Assembly: GCA_963735595.1 (NCBI GenBank)
Contig: CAVTLK010000004.1
Location: 480,001-544,000, forward strand
Source: an uncultured delta proteobacterium
GTDB lineage: Bacteria; Desulfobacterota; Zymogenia; Zymogenales; Zymogenaceae
Direction: 5' to 3'
DNA: 64,000 nucleotides
Numbering within the stretch: position 1 is the stretch's first letter; each line of letters starts with the position of its first letter. The notes beneath the pieces are model-generated. The model saw only the letters and a list, made by a program, of their open reading frames with translations. It was not told where the DNA came from and ran no database searches. Position numbers and translations under genes: made by a program. Below are positions 1 through 9,684 of the stretch, piece by piece.

Positions 1-288
1 CAGATCGCCCAGAACGCGGGTGAGGACGGCTCGATCGTCACCTCCAAGGTCAAGGACGGCAAAGATGCCTTCGGCTTCAATGCCCAGACGATGGTCTACG
101 AGGACCTGATGAAGGTGGGTATCATCGACCCGACCAAGGTGACGCGTATCGCGCTGCAGAACGCGGCCTCCGTGGCGGGGCTGCTGCTCACCACCGAGGC
201 GATGATTGCCGAGAAGCCCGAGGAGAAGGGCGGCCACGGCGGCATGCCCCCCATGCCCGGCGGAATGCCCGGCGGCGGGATGTACTAA
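1..288 (+). CDS. groEL: Chaperonin GroEL, 3' part (truncated by window start)
   Basis: [27 protein letters not shown] and GGM-rich tail; frame is open from base 1. Confidence 0.97.
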   Translation, partial: QIAQNAGEDGSIVTSKVKDGKDAFGFNAQTMVYEDLMKVGIIDPTKVTRIALQNAASVAGLLLTTEAMIAEKPEEKGGHGGMPPMPGGMPGGGMY

Positions 289-299
289 TCGTCCCTGTC

Positions 300-331
300 A
301 AGGCCCCGTCAATGACGGGGCCTTTCTTTTT
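300..331 (+). terminator. Rho-independent terminator after groEL
   Basis: aaggccccgtc-aat-gacggggcctt followed by a T-rich run. Confidence 0.9.
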
Positions 332-525
332 CCCAAAAAGACCCGCCTATTAGCCAATGGACTATTGACTATTAGACCATTAGACTATCCCCGGTACGGC
401 TACCATAGGTCGTGCCGGTGCCCCGGCAAAAATGAGGAATTACGCCGTCAGATATTTGTGGTATACTGCAAGAATTCTCTTGCGAAGTGTCTTATTTGCC
501 TTAAACCATTAGGAAGTGAGTTTCT

Positions 526-1071
526 ATGAAAAAGACGGTTTGGTTTGGACTTTTCATGATGATGATAGCGTTCTCGGCGTACCTGGCGCGCGCGGCCGAG
601 GGGCCGACCTATATGGAGCAGATCCAGGCCAGGAACACGATCATTGCCGAGGCTACCGAGCGCATCAAAAAGGACAAGGAGGATATCGACGCGTATTACG
701 CGAGGGGCAGCGCCCATCGTGAGCTCGGCCAACTTTATATCCTCATGTACGGCGGGGTTTCCACGGATCAGAATTCAGTGATCAAGACGGAGTTCGAGGC
801 GGCGGTTACCGACCTGACGACCGCCATCGACCTGAAGCCTGATTTGGTCAACGCATATATCAGCAGGGGGATGGCCTACGGCCAGCTGGGATTGTCCGCG
901 GCGGCTATAGCCGACTTTACCCACGTCATCGACATCGATCCGAAAAATTCAGGCGCCTATTACGTGCGGGGAAGGGAGTATTGGGAAGCCGGGGACTACC
1001 TCAAGGCCAAGGAAGACTACGACAAGGCGGTTGAGCTGGATCCTCAGTGGAAGGATAATTTCTATAGATGA
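526..1071 (+). CDS. Exported TPR-repeat protein
   Basis: Signal peptide; repeated AYYARG/AYISRG/AYYVRG...A..L.P TPR pattern. Confidence 0.85.
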   Translation: MKKTVWFGLFMMMIAFSAYLARAAEGPTYMEQIQARNTIIAEATERIKKDKEDIDAYYARGSAHRELGQLYILMYGGVSTDQNSVIKTEFEAAVTDLTTAIDLKPDLVNAYISRGMAYGQLGLSAAAIADFTHVIDIDPKNSGAYYVRGREYWEAGDYLKAKEDYDKAVELDPQWKDNFYR

Positions 1072-1204
1072 CCGGACGCTCCTGGCTCTCGGACCTCTGG
1101 ATGTACGGCGGCAACGACCGGTCGGCGGGATTTGCGGGCGTACCCGGGGCCGTCTCACATATAACTGCGGGCGCGCCTATCCGCGGCCCGACGAGATCGG
1201 CCGG

Positions 1205-1609
1205 TTAATAGTTTCTGTCCAGCTCCAATTCAATATAGCGGAAGAGATCGTCGAGATCCATGCTATAGCCTGCGGTCGAACCGGGTATGAACTGGGGCGG
1301 GACGTCCTTGTTCATATCAACCCACGTGTTTCCCCCCTCTTCCCGAAACGTGAGGATAACGGCAATCGGCATTCCGGGAATCGTCGCGCCTTTTATGGCC
1401 CTGATAAAATATTCGGTCATGTTGATCTCGGTGATCTCGTAGTCCTGCTCGATGAGCACCGTTTTTGCGGCGGCGAGGACTTCCTTGGGGGGGTGGGCGT
1501 AGTACATGCTGCGAACGCCGCGTTTTCCGGCGGGGCCGTGTGCGCACGAGGAGAGCACCATAATGACCGCGATGAAAAAGAGAAGTGTCTTTCTCATACC
1601 GCCCCTCAC
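1205..1609 (-). CDS. Hypothetical lipoprotein
   Basis: Lipobox LSSC after a hydrophobic stretch; the true start may be the internal ATG (MRKTLL). Confidence 0.7.
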   Translation of the reverse strand: MRGGMRKTLLFFIAVIMVLSSCAHGPAGKRGVRSMYYAHPPKEVLAAAKTVLIEQDYEITEINMTEYFIRAIKGATIPGMPIAVILTFREEGGNTWVDMNKDVPPQFIPGSTAGYSMDLDDLFRYIELELDRNY

Positions 1610-1669
1610 ACGATGAATCCAGCTAAATAGCGTCGGCCTCTACTCCCGCCCGCACCGTACCCGCGGGCG

Positions 1670-2461
1670 TCAGTCTTTAAAATTGAGATTCTCCTCGAAT
1701 ACTTTATAGTCCGCCTTTTCCTTCATTTCCTCAAGGTAGCTGTTGACCAGATCGTCCCGCTTTTCGGTGGTAAATTTCTCCATCAGGCGGTCCTTATCGA
1801 CCAGCTCGATAAGGTGAAAACCGAACTGGGTCTGGACGATAGGGCTGATATCACCCGGTTTCGTGAGCTCAAAGGCGGCCTTGTCGAATTCCTCGACCAT
1901 ATCTCCCCGCTTGAAGTATCCGAGGTCTCCCCCTTCCGACGCGGTGGGGCAGATGGAGTTCTCCCGGGCCAGTTTCGCGAAGTCTTCGCCGTCGGCGAGG
2001 AGCTTCTGGATCTTCTCCGCCTCTTCCTTGGTCTTGACGAGGATGTGCCGTACCCGTATGGTCTCGGCATTGTCGAAGGCGTCCTTATTCTCTTTATAGA
2101 AGGCGTCTTTTTCTTCGTCGGCCGGAGACAACCCCCCTTCAACCTTGCGCTGGAGGAATTCCTCGATTACCACCTTCTTTTTTGAGTCCTCTATCCGGTT
2201 GAGGATGACGGGCTCCTTAGTAATACCTTCCTTTTCGGCCTCGTGGTAGATGATTTCCCTCAGGACCAGCGAGTCAAGGTAACGCTTCTTACCTTCCGGT
2301 GACGCAACGAACGGCGTTGCGTCGGGAGGCAGCGAATCGTACTTCTCGCGAAACTCCTTGGCCGATATGGACCACCCATCCCCCTCCGCCACCTTTTTTG
2401 AACAGGAGACAGAGAAGATCAACGTAACGGCTGCGACAAGCAGGATAATATTTCGTACCAT
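1670..2461 (-). CDS. PpiC/parvulin-type peptidyl-prolyl isomerase lipoprotein (PrsA-like)
   Basis: VRHILV...FAKLARENS...GGDLGYF...MVEEF...TQFGFHLI; lipobox SVSC; start placed at ATG 2461 behind an AAGGAG RBS. Confidence 0.92.
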   Translation of the reverse strand: MVRNIILLVAAVTLIFSVSCSKKVAEGDGWSISAKEFREKYDSLPPDATPFVASPEGKKRYLDSLVLREIIYHEAEKEGITKEPVILNRIEDSKKKVVIEEFLQRKVEGGLSPADEEKDAFYKENKDAFDNAETIRVRHILVKTKEEAEKIQKLLADGEDFAKLARENSICPTASEGGDLGYFKRGDMVEEFDKAAFELTKPGDISPIVQTQFGFHLIELVDKDRLMEKFTTEKRDDLVNSYLEEMKEKADYKVFEENLNFKD

Positions 2462-2483
2462 GGTGCTTTCTCCTTTCCCGGCA

Positions 2484-2512
2484 AGTGTATCCGGGATACG
2501 GCACGATGTCAA
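2484..2512 (-). promoter_or_regulatory. sigma70-type promoter for the PPIase gene
   Basis: TTGACA-17nt-TACACT on the minus strand. Confidence 0.7.
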
Positions 2513-2555
2513 GGGTATAGTAGGACGCGGTGCCGCCGGCCCGCCTACCTGCGTC

Positions 2556-2584
2556 TTGACACAGCAACGTAAATGCCCTACACT
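2556..2584 (+). promoter_or_regulatory. sigma70-type promoter for hpt
   Basis: TTGACA-17nt-TACACT. Confidence 0.7.
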
Positions 2585-2654
2585 GATATAAAGCGTTCCC
2601 GGGATTGAGGAGTTTAGTGTAAGGCCACGGACGATTTCGAGGATCGATGTGACG

Positions 2655-3182
2655 ATGAGCAAGAACATCCTGTTTTCCCGGCAGGCCATCGAAGAGGCGA
2701 TTACGGATCTGGCCCGGCGGATTAACGCGGATTACCGCGGGAAGCCTCTTGTTTTGGTGGGGATACTCAAGGGGAGCTTTGTCTTTTTGGCCGACCTCAT
2801 CCGTAAGCTTGACCTGGACGTAACGGTGGATTTCGTGGTACTGGGTTCCTACGGCTCGGGCACCACGACCTCCGGCGAGGTCAAGATGCTCAAGGACCTG
2901 TCGGCCCCCATCGAGGGGAAGGACGTGTTGGTAGTGGAGGATATCGTCGATACGGGCATTACCCTTACATATTTCATGGATATCCTCAGGCGGAGACGAC
3001 CGGCGTCCCTGGCGATCTGCGCGCTGATAGATAAGAAGGCCCGGCGCGAGGTTCAGATCGACGTCCAATACGTGGGCATTGAGATGGAAGACGGGTTTAT
3101 TGTCGGGTACGGCATCGACTGCAACGAGCAGTATAGGAATCTCCCGGATATATGGGTCCTCCGGGATCAGGAAGGCAGTTAG
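2655..3182 (+). CDS. hpt: Hypoxanthine phosphoribosyltransferase
   Basis: GILKGSFVFLADL, VLVVEDIVDTGITL (PRPP motif), FIVGYGID..E.YRNLP. Confidence 0.95.
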   Translation: MSKNILFSRQAIEEAITDLARRINADYRGKPLVLVGILKGSFVFLADLIRKLDLDVTVDFVVLGSYGSGTTTSGEVKMLKDLSAPIEGKDVLVVEDIVDTGITLTYFMDILRRRRPASLAICALIDKKARREVQIDVQYVGIEMEDGFIVGYGIDCNEQYRNLPDIWVLRDQEGS

Positions 3183-3221
3183 TTAGGGCCGTTGGGCTCG
3201 GGACGGCGAGAGGCGCAGTAT

Positions 3222-3782
3222 ATGGATATCGTTAAAACCCCCGATGGGCTGACTATTTGCCCGAAATGCGCCGCCGCCGTCCCCGAGGGCGCAAACGACT
3301 GTCCCTCCTGCGGCGCGCCGCTCATTGTCGGGCGTCGTCTTCCCGGCGCTATGGCGGGGCCGAAGGTGGGATTTGAATACAAGAGCCCCTTGACCATTTA
3401 TGGATGGCCGCTGATCCACGTCGCCTTTGGGAAGGACGAGAGCGGGAAGTTCCGTATTGCCAAGGGGATTATTGCCGTCGGCCAGTTCGGGATCGGTCTT
3501 ATTACGTTCGCCCAGATAGGGCTGGGGATTCTCTTCGGCTTTGGCCAGCTTACGGCGGGGCTTATCGCCGTGGGGCAGATGGCGCCGGCCGCCATTTTCG
3601 GGATCGGCCAGTTCACGACGGGCCACATAGCCATAGGCCAATTCGCGATCGGGGACTGGGTCCTGGCCCAGATCGGCTTTGGCGTCCATACCTGGACGTC
3701 GATGTCACGCGACCCGGAGGCGGTGGCATATTTTACCGGAATGTGGGAGTCTATCAAGGGAATCATCTATTCTGTTTTTTAA
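3222..3782 (+). CDS. Zinc-ribbon protein with Gly-rich hydrophobic GQ repeats
   Basis: CPKC...CPSC, then G(W)PLIHVAFG and about 7 IAVGQF-like repeats. Confidence 0.75.
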   Translation: MDIVKTPDGLTICPKCAAAVPEGANDCPSCGAPLIVGRRLPGAMAGPKVGFEYKSPLTIYGWPLIHVAFGKDESGKFRIAKGIIAVGQFGIGLITFAQIGLGILFGFGQLTAGLIAVGQMAPAAIFGIGQFTTGHIAIGQFAIGDWVLAQIGFGVHTWTSMSRDPEAVAYFTGMWESIKGIIYSVF

Positions 3783-3794
3783 CGGGAGGAAGAG

Positions 3795-4172
3795 ATGGCG
3801 CGAGAAAAGAAATCAAAGGAGAAGAAGGCCCTGCGTATCGCTGCCGCGACGATTCTCGGGGCCGTTGCGGGGATCGTCTGCTGGCAGCTGGGAAAATCCA
3901 GCGACAAGATTACGCTCGATCTCCCCATGATCCTGGGCATCATCGCCAACCGGACGTTACTCGGCTTTATTATCGGAATTTCGGGCCTCAGGGGCCTCAA
4001 CTACCTGGCGCACGGCGTGATTATCGGCCTCGTCGCCACGATCCCGATGTCGATCTACCCGCTGGCCGGCGGAGACGTGGCATCATTCGCGCTTCTGGAG
4101 GCCGCCGGGGCAGTCTACGGGCTTCTGATAGAGCTGGTCGTCACCAAACTCCTGAAGGCCCCGATGGCCTGA
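3795..4172 (+). CDS. Hypothetical membrane protein (about 4 TM)
   Basis: GGAGG RBS; four hydrophobic segments. Confidence 0.75.
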   Translation: MAREKKSKEKKALRIAAATILGAVAGIVCWQLGKSSDKITLDLPMILGIIANRTLLGFIIGISGLRGLNYLAHGVIIGLVATIPMSIYPLAGGDVASFALLEAAGAVYGLLIELVVTKLLKAPMA

Positions 4173-4218
4173 CGGGCGGGTTAAACCGGACAATCTTATA
4201 TTTAGTACGGGAGACAAG

Positions 4219-4410
4219 ATGTCGGACGATTTACAGGCAACGGGCCCGGGGCCGGCCGAGGGCGGCAGTGAGCCTCAGCAGAAGAAGCGCACGTGGCTGG
4301 TGTGCTGCTGCATCGGCTGTTCTGTGGCGTTTCTCACGCTCGTTGTGGTTTCACTTCTCTATGTTTCTCTTCTACCGGCGTTCCTTCGCGAGCTTATCGT
4401 GCCCAAGTAG
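4219..4410 (+). CDS. Small single-TM hypothetical protein
   Basis: GGGAG RBS; basic patch followed by a Cys-rich hydrophobic helix. Confidence 0.55.
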   Translation: MSDDLQATGPGPAEGGSEPQQKKRTWLVCCCIGCSVAFLTLVVVSLLYVSLLPAFLRELIVPK

Positions 4411-4508
4411 CGCCATGTGAGAGGCCAGAGGCAGGGTGGACCGCAGTCTCGTCGGTCTGCTGGAGCTTCCGACGTGCAGCAAGGCAGAACGGCCTCCGCA
4501 AGGAAGGC

Positions 4509-4546
4509 AAAAAAAAGACCGGACGCGTAAGCACGCGTCCGTTTTG
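4509..4546. terminator. Probable bidirectional terminator
   Basis: A-run, cggacgcgt-aagc-acgcgtccg, T-run. Confidence 0.7.
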
Positions 4547-4565
4547 TTATGAACGGGCCCTTTTG

Positions 4566-4677
4566 CCAGCGGTACCTTCCGTATTTCCGCACGCACCTGA
4601 TCATCATCTTGAGGTTCTCGGGCTTCGTGTTTGGCGGAGTCTCGAAACCGGAGGAGAGAATAAATCCGCCCGCCGGC
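4566..4677 (-). pseudogene. Remnant 3' fragment of a URO-D/MtaA-family paralog
   Basis: GGFILSSGFETPPNTKPENLKMMIRCVRKYGRYR matches the C-terminus of 5630..6730 (GGFILSSGCEAPPNTKPENLKMMIKCAREYGRYR). Confidence 0.85.
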
Positions 4678-4952
4678 CCTGGCGTAAGGGCATGATCGCC
4701 GGGACTTTGGCCTGGCTGTAATGATCTCGGACATCGGCGCAAACAAAATCACGCCGCGTCAGAATTACCCTTTACACGAACGAGATTTTAAAATAGAATA
4801 TGCCAGTAACTAACTAATATCGTTAGCATATTAGGCCGAGGGCATATCGCTAATGCCTTCATGTGTCTGCTTGTCAGCGATAGATACATCCAGATTCTTC
4901 CGAATGCACTCATTATGACCGACACCTACCGTTTAGACAAGGAGAAAGACAC

Positions 4953-5543
4953 ATGACAGACGACAAGAAAATGGCAACATGTATTGCGATCAGAGCTACT
5001 GTGGACGGTATCGTCGAAATTCTGGGAGATAACGGCGCCAAGGTTGTTTTGCGCACCTCGGGCCATCCCGAGTTTTCCGATCAACCACCGCCGTATACCT
5101 GGGACCCCTGTATTACGGTCAAGGAACAGTCCGAGCTCTATTACCAGGTGGCCAAGCTCGTAGGTATCAACGGCGCTATCGGTATCTGGCGGCGTATCGG
5201 TTATACTGCCTTTCGCTACGCCGATGAAAAGGGTCGCGGTCTCGATAACCTGAAGGGACTTGCGCCCGGCGAGCTTTTTAAGAAGGGAATGGAGCTCTAT
5301 TCCGCCGCGACCGGCAGGGGAAAGGTCATCGATAAGGGCGACGACCCGGCCGATTTCGACGTATATAACTGTACGCTGTGTGAGCGGTTTAAAACAGACC
5401 GGGCCATCTGCACGGGATTCGGGGGGGTAATGCAATATATGGCCGACCGTGCCTACGGTAAAGGCGCCTTACTGGTACGGGAGACGGAGTGTATGGCCAG
5501 GGGAGATAAGACCTGCTATTTTGTCCTCGAACCGGCTCAATAG
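4953..5543 (+). CDS. Stand-alone V4R (4-vinyl reductase) domain protein
   Basis: YNCTLC...IC...VRETECMARGDKTCYF; AAGGAG RBS. Confidence 0.85.
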   Translation: MTDDKKMATCIAIRATVDGIVEILGDNGAKVVLRTSGHPEFSDQPPPYTWDPCITVKEQSELYYQVAKLVGINGAIGIWRRIGYTAFRYADEKGRGLDNLKGLAPGELFKKGMELYSAATGRGKVIDKGDDPADFDVYNCTLCERFKTDRAICTGFGGVMQYMADRAYGKGALLVRETECMARGDKTCYFVLEPAQ

Positions 5544-5559
5544 CAGAATAGCATAGGCG

Positions 5560-5594
5560 AACGCCCTGCCGGTTTACCCGAGCAGGGCGTTTTT
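5560..5594 (+). terminator. Terminator after the V4R gene
   Basis: aacgccctgc...gcagggcgtt followed by Ts. Confidence 0.75.
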
Positions 5595-5629
5595 GGTATT
5601 CGGTGGGTGGCCCGATCGTCAACAGGCCG

Positions 5630-6730
5630 TCAGCGGTACCTTCCGTATTCCCGAGCGCATTTTATCATCATTTTAAGGTTTTCGGGCTTCGTGTTGGGCG
5701 GGGCTTCGCACCCGGATGACAAAATAAAGCCGCCCCCCGGCGCGCAGTCATCGATGAACTGTTTGCACTCCCGCTCTACCTCGGCCGCCGTTCCCGTCGC
5801 CAGCGTCAGTGGGCCCACCATCCCCTTGATGCACATGATATGCCCCACCGTTTTCTTCGCAAGCTTCATATCCGTCACGTCAAGCTCCATGACGTATTTC
5901 TTCGGCGTCAGGTCGGTAAAGTGACCAAGCAGCGGCCCCCAGTTGCCGTCCAGGTGGAGCAGCACCTTGAATCCTGCGGCGGTAAAAGACTCCGCCATCT
6001 CTTTATACCAGGGCCACTGGATCTTTTCGAAAATCTTCGGATTCATGAAGCTCGTCGAAAACTTCAATGACGGCATGAAGATAAACTCAGCCTTGAGCAG
6101 CTTTGCCAGCTGGATCGACCGTGCAATGAAGACCTTGTTGTATTTCTCGTTGAGCTCGATGAGCTTTTCGGGACGCTTCCTGATGTCGATGAAGCCCTGG
6201 TTGGCCCTCAAGAACAGCATGATCTCGGCCGGGGTGTAGCAGACCATGTCCCCGAAGGGGACGACATCCCAGTCCCTTCTAACGATTTTCATCCAGCGCA
6301 TATACTTCATGACGTCAAGGGTCAGGTTCTTGACGACACGGCCCAGGCCGATCCTGCCAAATGTCCGCACCGCCGAAAACCCCTTTGTGAGTATCGTGTC
6401 GTACAGGGTTTCGTCACCCTGGGTGACCTCGAAGAACTGGGGTATGGTATCTTCCGGAAAGCGCCAGTCAAAATAGAGCGCGGAATAGAGGACGGGATTG
6501 ATATTCGAATAGGCCAGCATCATCGGGGCGAGGTTCATTACGTCAAGCCCGTTGTCGTAAAACTCAAGGGTCTTCTTGTTGGCCCGAAAGCAGGTATCCA
6601 CGTCCCAGGCGTAATCGCTGATTCGGACGCCCGCCGTAACGGCGTTATGCCAGATCATAAACGGCCCGACCGGAACACGATCCGGCTCCTGGAGATTGAT
6701 TGCGGTTTCGACCCGCTGCCGTGCGTTCAT
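5630..6730 (-). CDS. Uroporphyrinogen decarboxylase / MtaA-CmuA methyltransferase family protein
   Basis: EPDRVPV N-terminus, F..I.WP..K, LHLDG, GGGFILSSGCE.P..TK.EN. Confidence 0.88.
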   Translation of the reverse strand: MNARQRVETAINLQEPDRVPVGPFMIWHNAVTAGVRISDYAWDVDTCFRANKKTLEFYDNGLDVMNLAPMMLAYSNINPVLYSALYFDWRFPEDTIPQFFEVTQGDETLYDTILTKGFSAVRTFGRIGLGRVVKNLTLDVMKYMRWMKIVRRDWDVVPFGDMVCYTPAEIMLFLRANQGFIDIRKRPEKLIELNEKYNKVFIARSIQLAKLLKAEFIFMPSLKFSTSFMNPKIFEKIQWPWYKEMAESFTAAGFKVLLHLDGNWGPLLGHFTDLTPKKYVMELDVTDMKLAKKTVGHIMCIKGMVGPLTLATGTAAEVERECKQFIDDCAPGGGFILSSGCEAPPNTKPENLKMMIKCAREYGRYR

Positions 6731-6788
6731 TGTGTTAGTCTCCCGATTGGAATAAAAGCAAGGCGGGGAAGGGGCGCTGCCGTATTGA

Positions 6789-7853
6789 TTAGTAATCGCT
6801 GGCCCATGTGGTTTTGGCAAGGGAAATGCCGTCCCGGAAGGTATTCTTTACCTGGTACATGGCTTTATCGGCCTCGCCGATGAGCTCCTGGTAATTCGAA
6901 GCGTCCTCGGGTATCGAGGCGATACCGTAGCTGGCCGTCAGCTTTATGTTGAGCCCCTCTATCGTCAGGAATCTCTTCTCCTTGATCTTTGATCTGAGAC
7001 GCTTGGCTATCTCATAGGCCTTGGCCTTATCGGTCTTTGGAAGAATGATAACAAACTCATCGCCGCCGTACCGGATACCCTTCTGGGTGGAGTTCAGGTT
7101 TCCCTTGATAACCTCCCCCAATTCCCGAAGCGTCTTACTTCCGATCAGGTGGCCGAACTTGTCGTTAATGTTCTTAAAGTAGTCCAGGTCAATGAAGATC
7201 ATTGAGACCTGGCTCAAGTCCTTGAGCTCATCTTCACCTTCTCCGTTGAGGAGCTGGTGGAGGTAGCGGGAGTTATAGAGGCCCGTTAACTCGTCGGTCA
7301 GGATGAGCCGCCTGGCAAGCTCGTAGTAACGGGCGTTATCAAGGGCTATCGCGGTATAGTCCGCCAGAATCGACAGGATTCTCAAGTCATCCTGCGTGAA
7401 CTCCTTGTCGTCGCAGTAGTTAACCAGTTCAATGACGCCGATGGTTTTATCTTTACTGATGACCGGTACGCAGACAATGGATTTCGTCTTGAACTGGGAC
7501 AGTTTATCGGCCTTCGGTGAAAATCTCGTATCCTTGGAAACGTCCTGTACCAGCACCGGCGTACCGTGCTCTGCAACCCATCCGGCAATCCCCTCGCCGA
7601 CTTTAAGCCTAAGATCGCGGATCTTTTTGGTGTTGTCTCCGACGATTATCTCAAAGTAAAGCTCGCTCCTATCCTCGTCCACGAGCAGGAGCGACCAGTT
7701 TTTCGGATGGAGGAGAAAACTGATCTGCTGCATGATGATAGACAGGATCTCTTTGAGATCGAGGCTCGAGGTAAGGGCGCGTCCAATTTCATTAATGGTA
7801 GACAGCTCTTCATTTCTTTTCTTGATCTGTTCCCAGAAGCGCGAATCTTCCAT
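6789..7853 (-). CDS. GAF-domain diguanylate cyclase
   Basis: GAF domain (GEGIAGWVA, SIVCVP), TDELTGLYN, IDLDYFK.IND.FGH, intact RYGGDEF. Confidence 0.95.
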   Translation of the reverse strand: MEDSRFWEQIKKRNEELSTINEIGRALTSSLDLKEILSIIMQQISFLLHPKNWSLLLVDEDRSELYFEIIVGDNTKKIRDLRLKVGEGIAGWVAEHGTPVLVQDVSKDTRFSPKADKLSQFKTKSIVCVPVISKDKTIGVIELVNYCDDKEFTQDDLRILSILADYTAIALDNARYYELARRLILTDELTGLYNSRYLHQLLNGEGEDELKDLSQVSMIFIDLDYFKNINDKFGHLIGSKTLRELGEVIKGNLNSTQKGIRYGGDEFVIILPKTDKAKAYEIAKRLRSKIKEKRFLTIEGLNIKLTASYGIASIPEDASNYQELIGEADKAMYQVKNTFRDGISLAKTTWASDY

Positions 7854-8020
7854 AACCGGCCGCTTGCCCTATAAGACTGGAATATTTCTCACAAAATTAT
7901 ATCCTCGAACTATTTGAAATACAAGCTTATATCATCGGCAGGGGTATTTTTGCTTGTAATACTCCATCCGGGTGATATAATTGACGCACCGAACCGATTA
8001 GATTAGGAGAGGGAGACCCC

Positions 8021-9364
8021 ATGATTGTTGAGTGCTCCCATTGCCAGACCAAGTTTAACCTCCCCGACGACAAGGTCAAGCCGGGGGGCGTTAAGATCCG
8101 GTGTACCCGCTGCAAGAACGTCTTTGACGTCTCGCCCCCGGCGGACAGTCCCGCCATGGATGATTCGTTTTCCGCCGGCCTTGACGACGATCTTTCAGGA
8201 TTTGACGAAGGCGCTTCCGATCTTTCTTCGGATGGCCGGCTCGATTCAGATATCCCGGGAGACCTGGATGGGGACATTGGGGGGGACGATCTCGATCTCG
8301 ATACGGGAGATTCGGACTTCGGCCTGGATTCCGATCTCGACGTAGGCTCCGATAGCGGGAAGACTGCGGATTCGGATTCTCTCGAGTTCGATATGGACGA
8401 CCAGGAGGAAGGCGCAGCCGGCCCCGAGCGGGCGGCAGGTCTGTCCGAACCGGGGGGCGGCCGGTCAGCCGCGGACAGCGACTTTACCCTCGAAAAAGAG
8501 CTGGACGGCGACCTGGGTGATCTGGACCTATCGTTTGATGACGGCCCGGCGCCGGCAGGTAAGAAAGCAGCCGCTGAGGCCGGCAGTGATTTCGATCTCT
8601 CCTTTGGGCCGGAGACTGCGCCGGTAGGCGCGGACATTTCTCCCGCCCCGACGGCACAGCCCGCCGCCCCGGGAGATATCCCCGATGATTTTGAGATCGG
8701 CGGCGCTGCGCTCCCGGGCGGTAAGAACGATATCGGTTTCAGCGACTCTATCGGAATCGATTCGGTCGGCGATCCCTTCGCCGATATCGGAGGGCCGGCC
8801 CCCACATCCAGAGCGAAGAAGAAGACGGCCCGCAGGAGCCCGCTGACGGTTGCCCTTCTCATACTCTTGTTCCTGCTGGCCGCGGGATACTGGGCGTATT
8901 CGACCTATTTCAGCGAGGGATTTGATCCCGAAAAGGTCCTTACCCTCTTTTCCAGTAACGAGGACCCCCTGGCGAATCTCGAAAACGCCGAGCTGAAGAT
9001 GCACTACTACTACGTCATGAACCAGCAGCTTGGTAAGGTCCTGATCCTGGAAGGCGCGGTCATCAACCATTCTTCAATTGAAAAGGGGCGTATCAAGGTA
9101 CGGCTGAGCCTGTATGACAAGAGTGGGAATGAAATAGGGAAGTCAGAGTCCTACTGCGGCAATGTCCTTGAATTATCTGAGCTTGAAACGCTGTCCAAGG
9201 CCGAGATTACGAAACTACTCTCCCTTGAGGCCGGTAAGAAATTCGACAACGCCCATATAAAACCCAATGGGTCCATACCGTATATGGTGGTCGTTTTCAC
9301 GGTCCCGGACGCGACCGACGGTTTTGTCGTCACGATAATAGAGGCACAGAACGTGGGCGAATAG
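8021..9364 (+). CDS. MJ0042-type zinc finger / acidic linker / TM / DUF3426-like protein
   Basis: CSHC...KIRCTRC, long Asp-rich linker, single TM, periplasmic beta domain. Confidence 0.85.
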   Translation: MIVECSHCQTKFNLPDDKVKPGGVKIRCTRCKNVFDVSPPADSPAMDDSFSAGLDDDLSGFDEGASDLSSDGRLDSDIPGDLDGDIGGDDLDLDTGDSDFGLDSDLDVGSDSGKTADSDSLEFDMDDQEEGAAGPERAAGLSEPGGGRSAADSDFTLEKELDGDLGDLDLSFDDGPAPAGKKAAAEAGSDFDLSFGPETAPVGADISPAPTAQPAAPGDIPDDFEIGGAALPGGKNDIGFSDSIGIDSVGDPFADIGGPAPTSRAKKKTARRSPLTVALLILLFLLAAGYWAYSTYFSEGFDPEKVLTLFSSNEDPLANLENAELKMHYYYVMNQQLGKVLILEGAVINHSSIEKGRIKVRLSLYDKSGNEIGKSESYCGNVLELSELETLSKAEITKLLSLEAGKKFDNAHIKPNGSIPYMVVVFTVPDATDGFVVTIIEAQNVGE

Positions 9365-9684
9365 CTGCCCGCGAGCACCCGTCGTTTCGGGATAGTAATC
9401 CGTTGTTGCAGGCGCGGCGCTGCCGGATTCTTCCGACGGCTTGTCAGCGAACTTCCTCTCATCTCGGCCGCATAAACACTCAGGCGCTCCGTTATGCCCG
9501 TACCGGGCACGCAACTCCCATCGATAATAGTATTCCCTTCGTCCACGACGGATACGAAAACCGCGTGCGTCAATACCCGATACACCGCCGGACGTACCGC
9601 GCGGCCTTCGAAATATCGGGGACCACGATATCTCCTACAGCTAAACTAGTTTACTTTACGTCGCCTCGGTGGTATACTACACCA

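Noticed and set aside
3404..4420. 338-aa alternative-frame ORF spanning three small genes
   Set aside because: Arg/Pro/Gly-rich off-frame translation; the three shorter ORFs have coherent protein composition and plausible starts.
9403..9684. Long N-terminal extensions in the ORF track (also 2462-2689, 29161-29448, 47366-47746)
   Set aside because: They run through promoters, terminators or opposite-strand genes; family similarity or a signal peptide begins at a downstream start.
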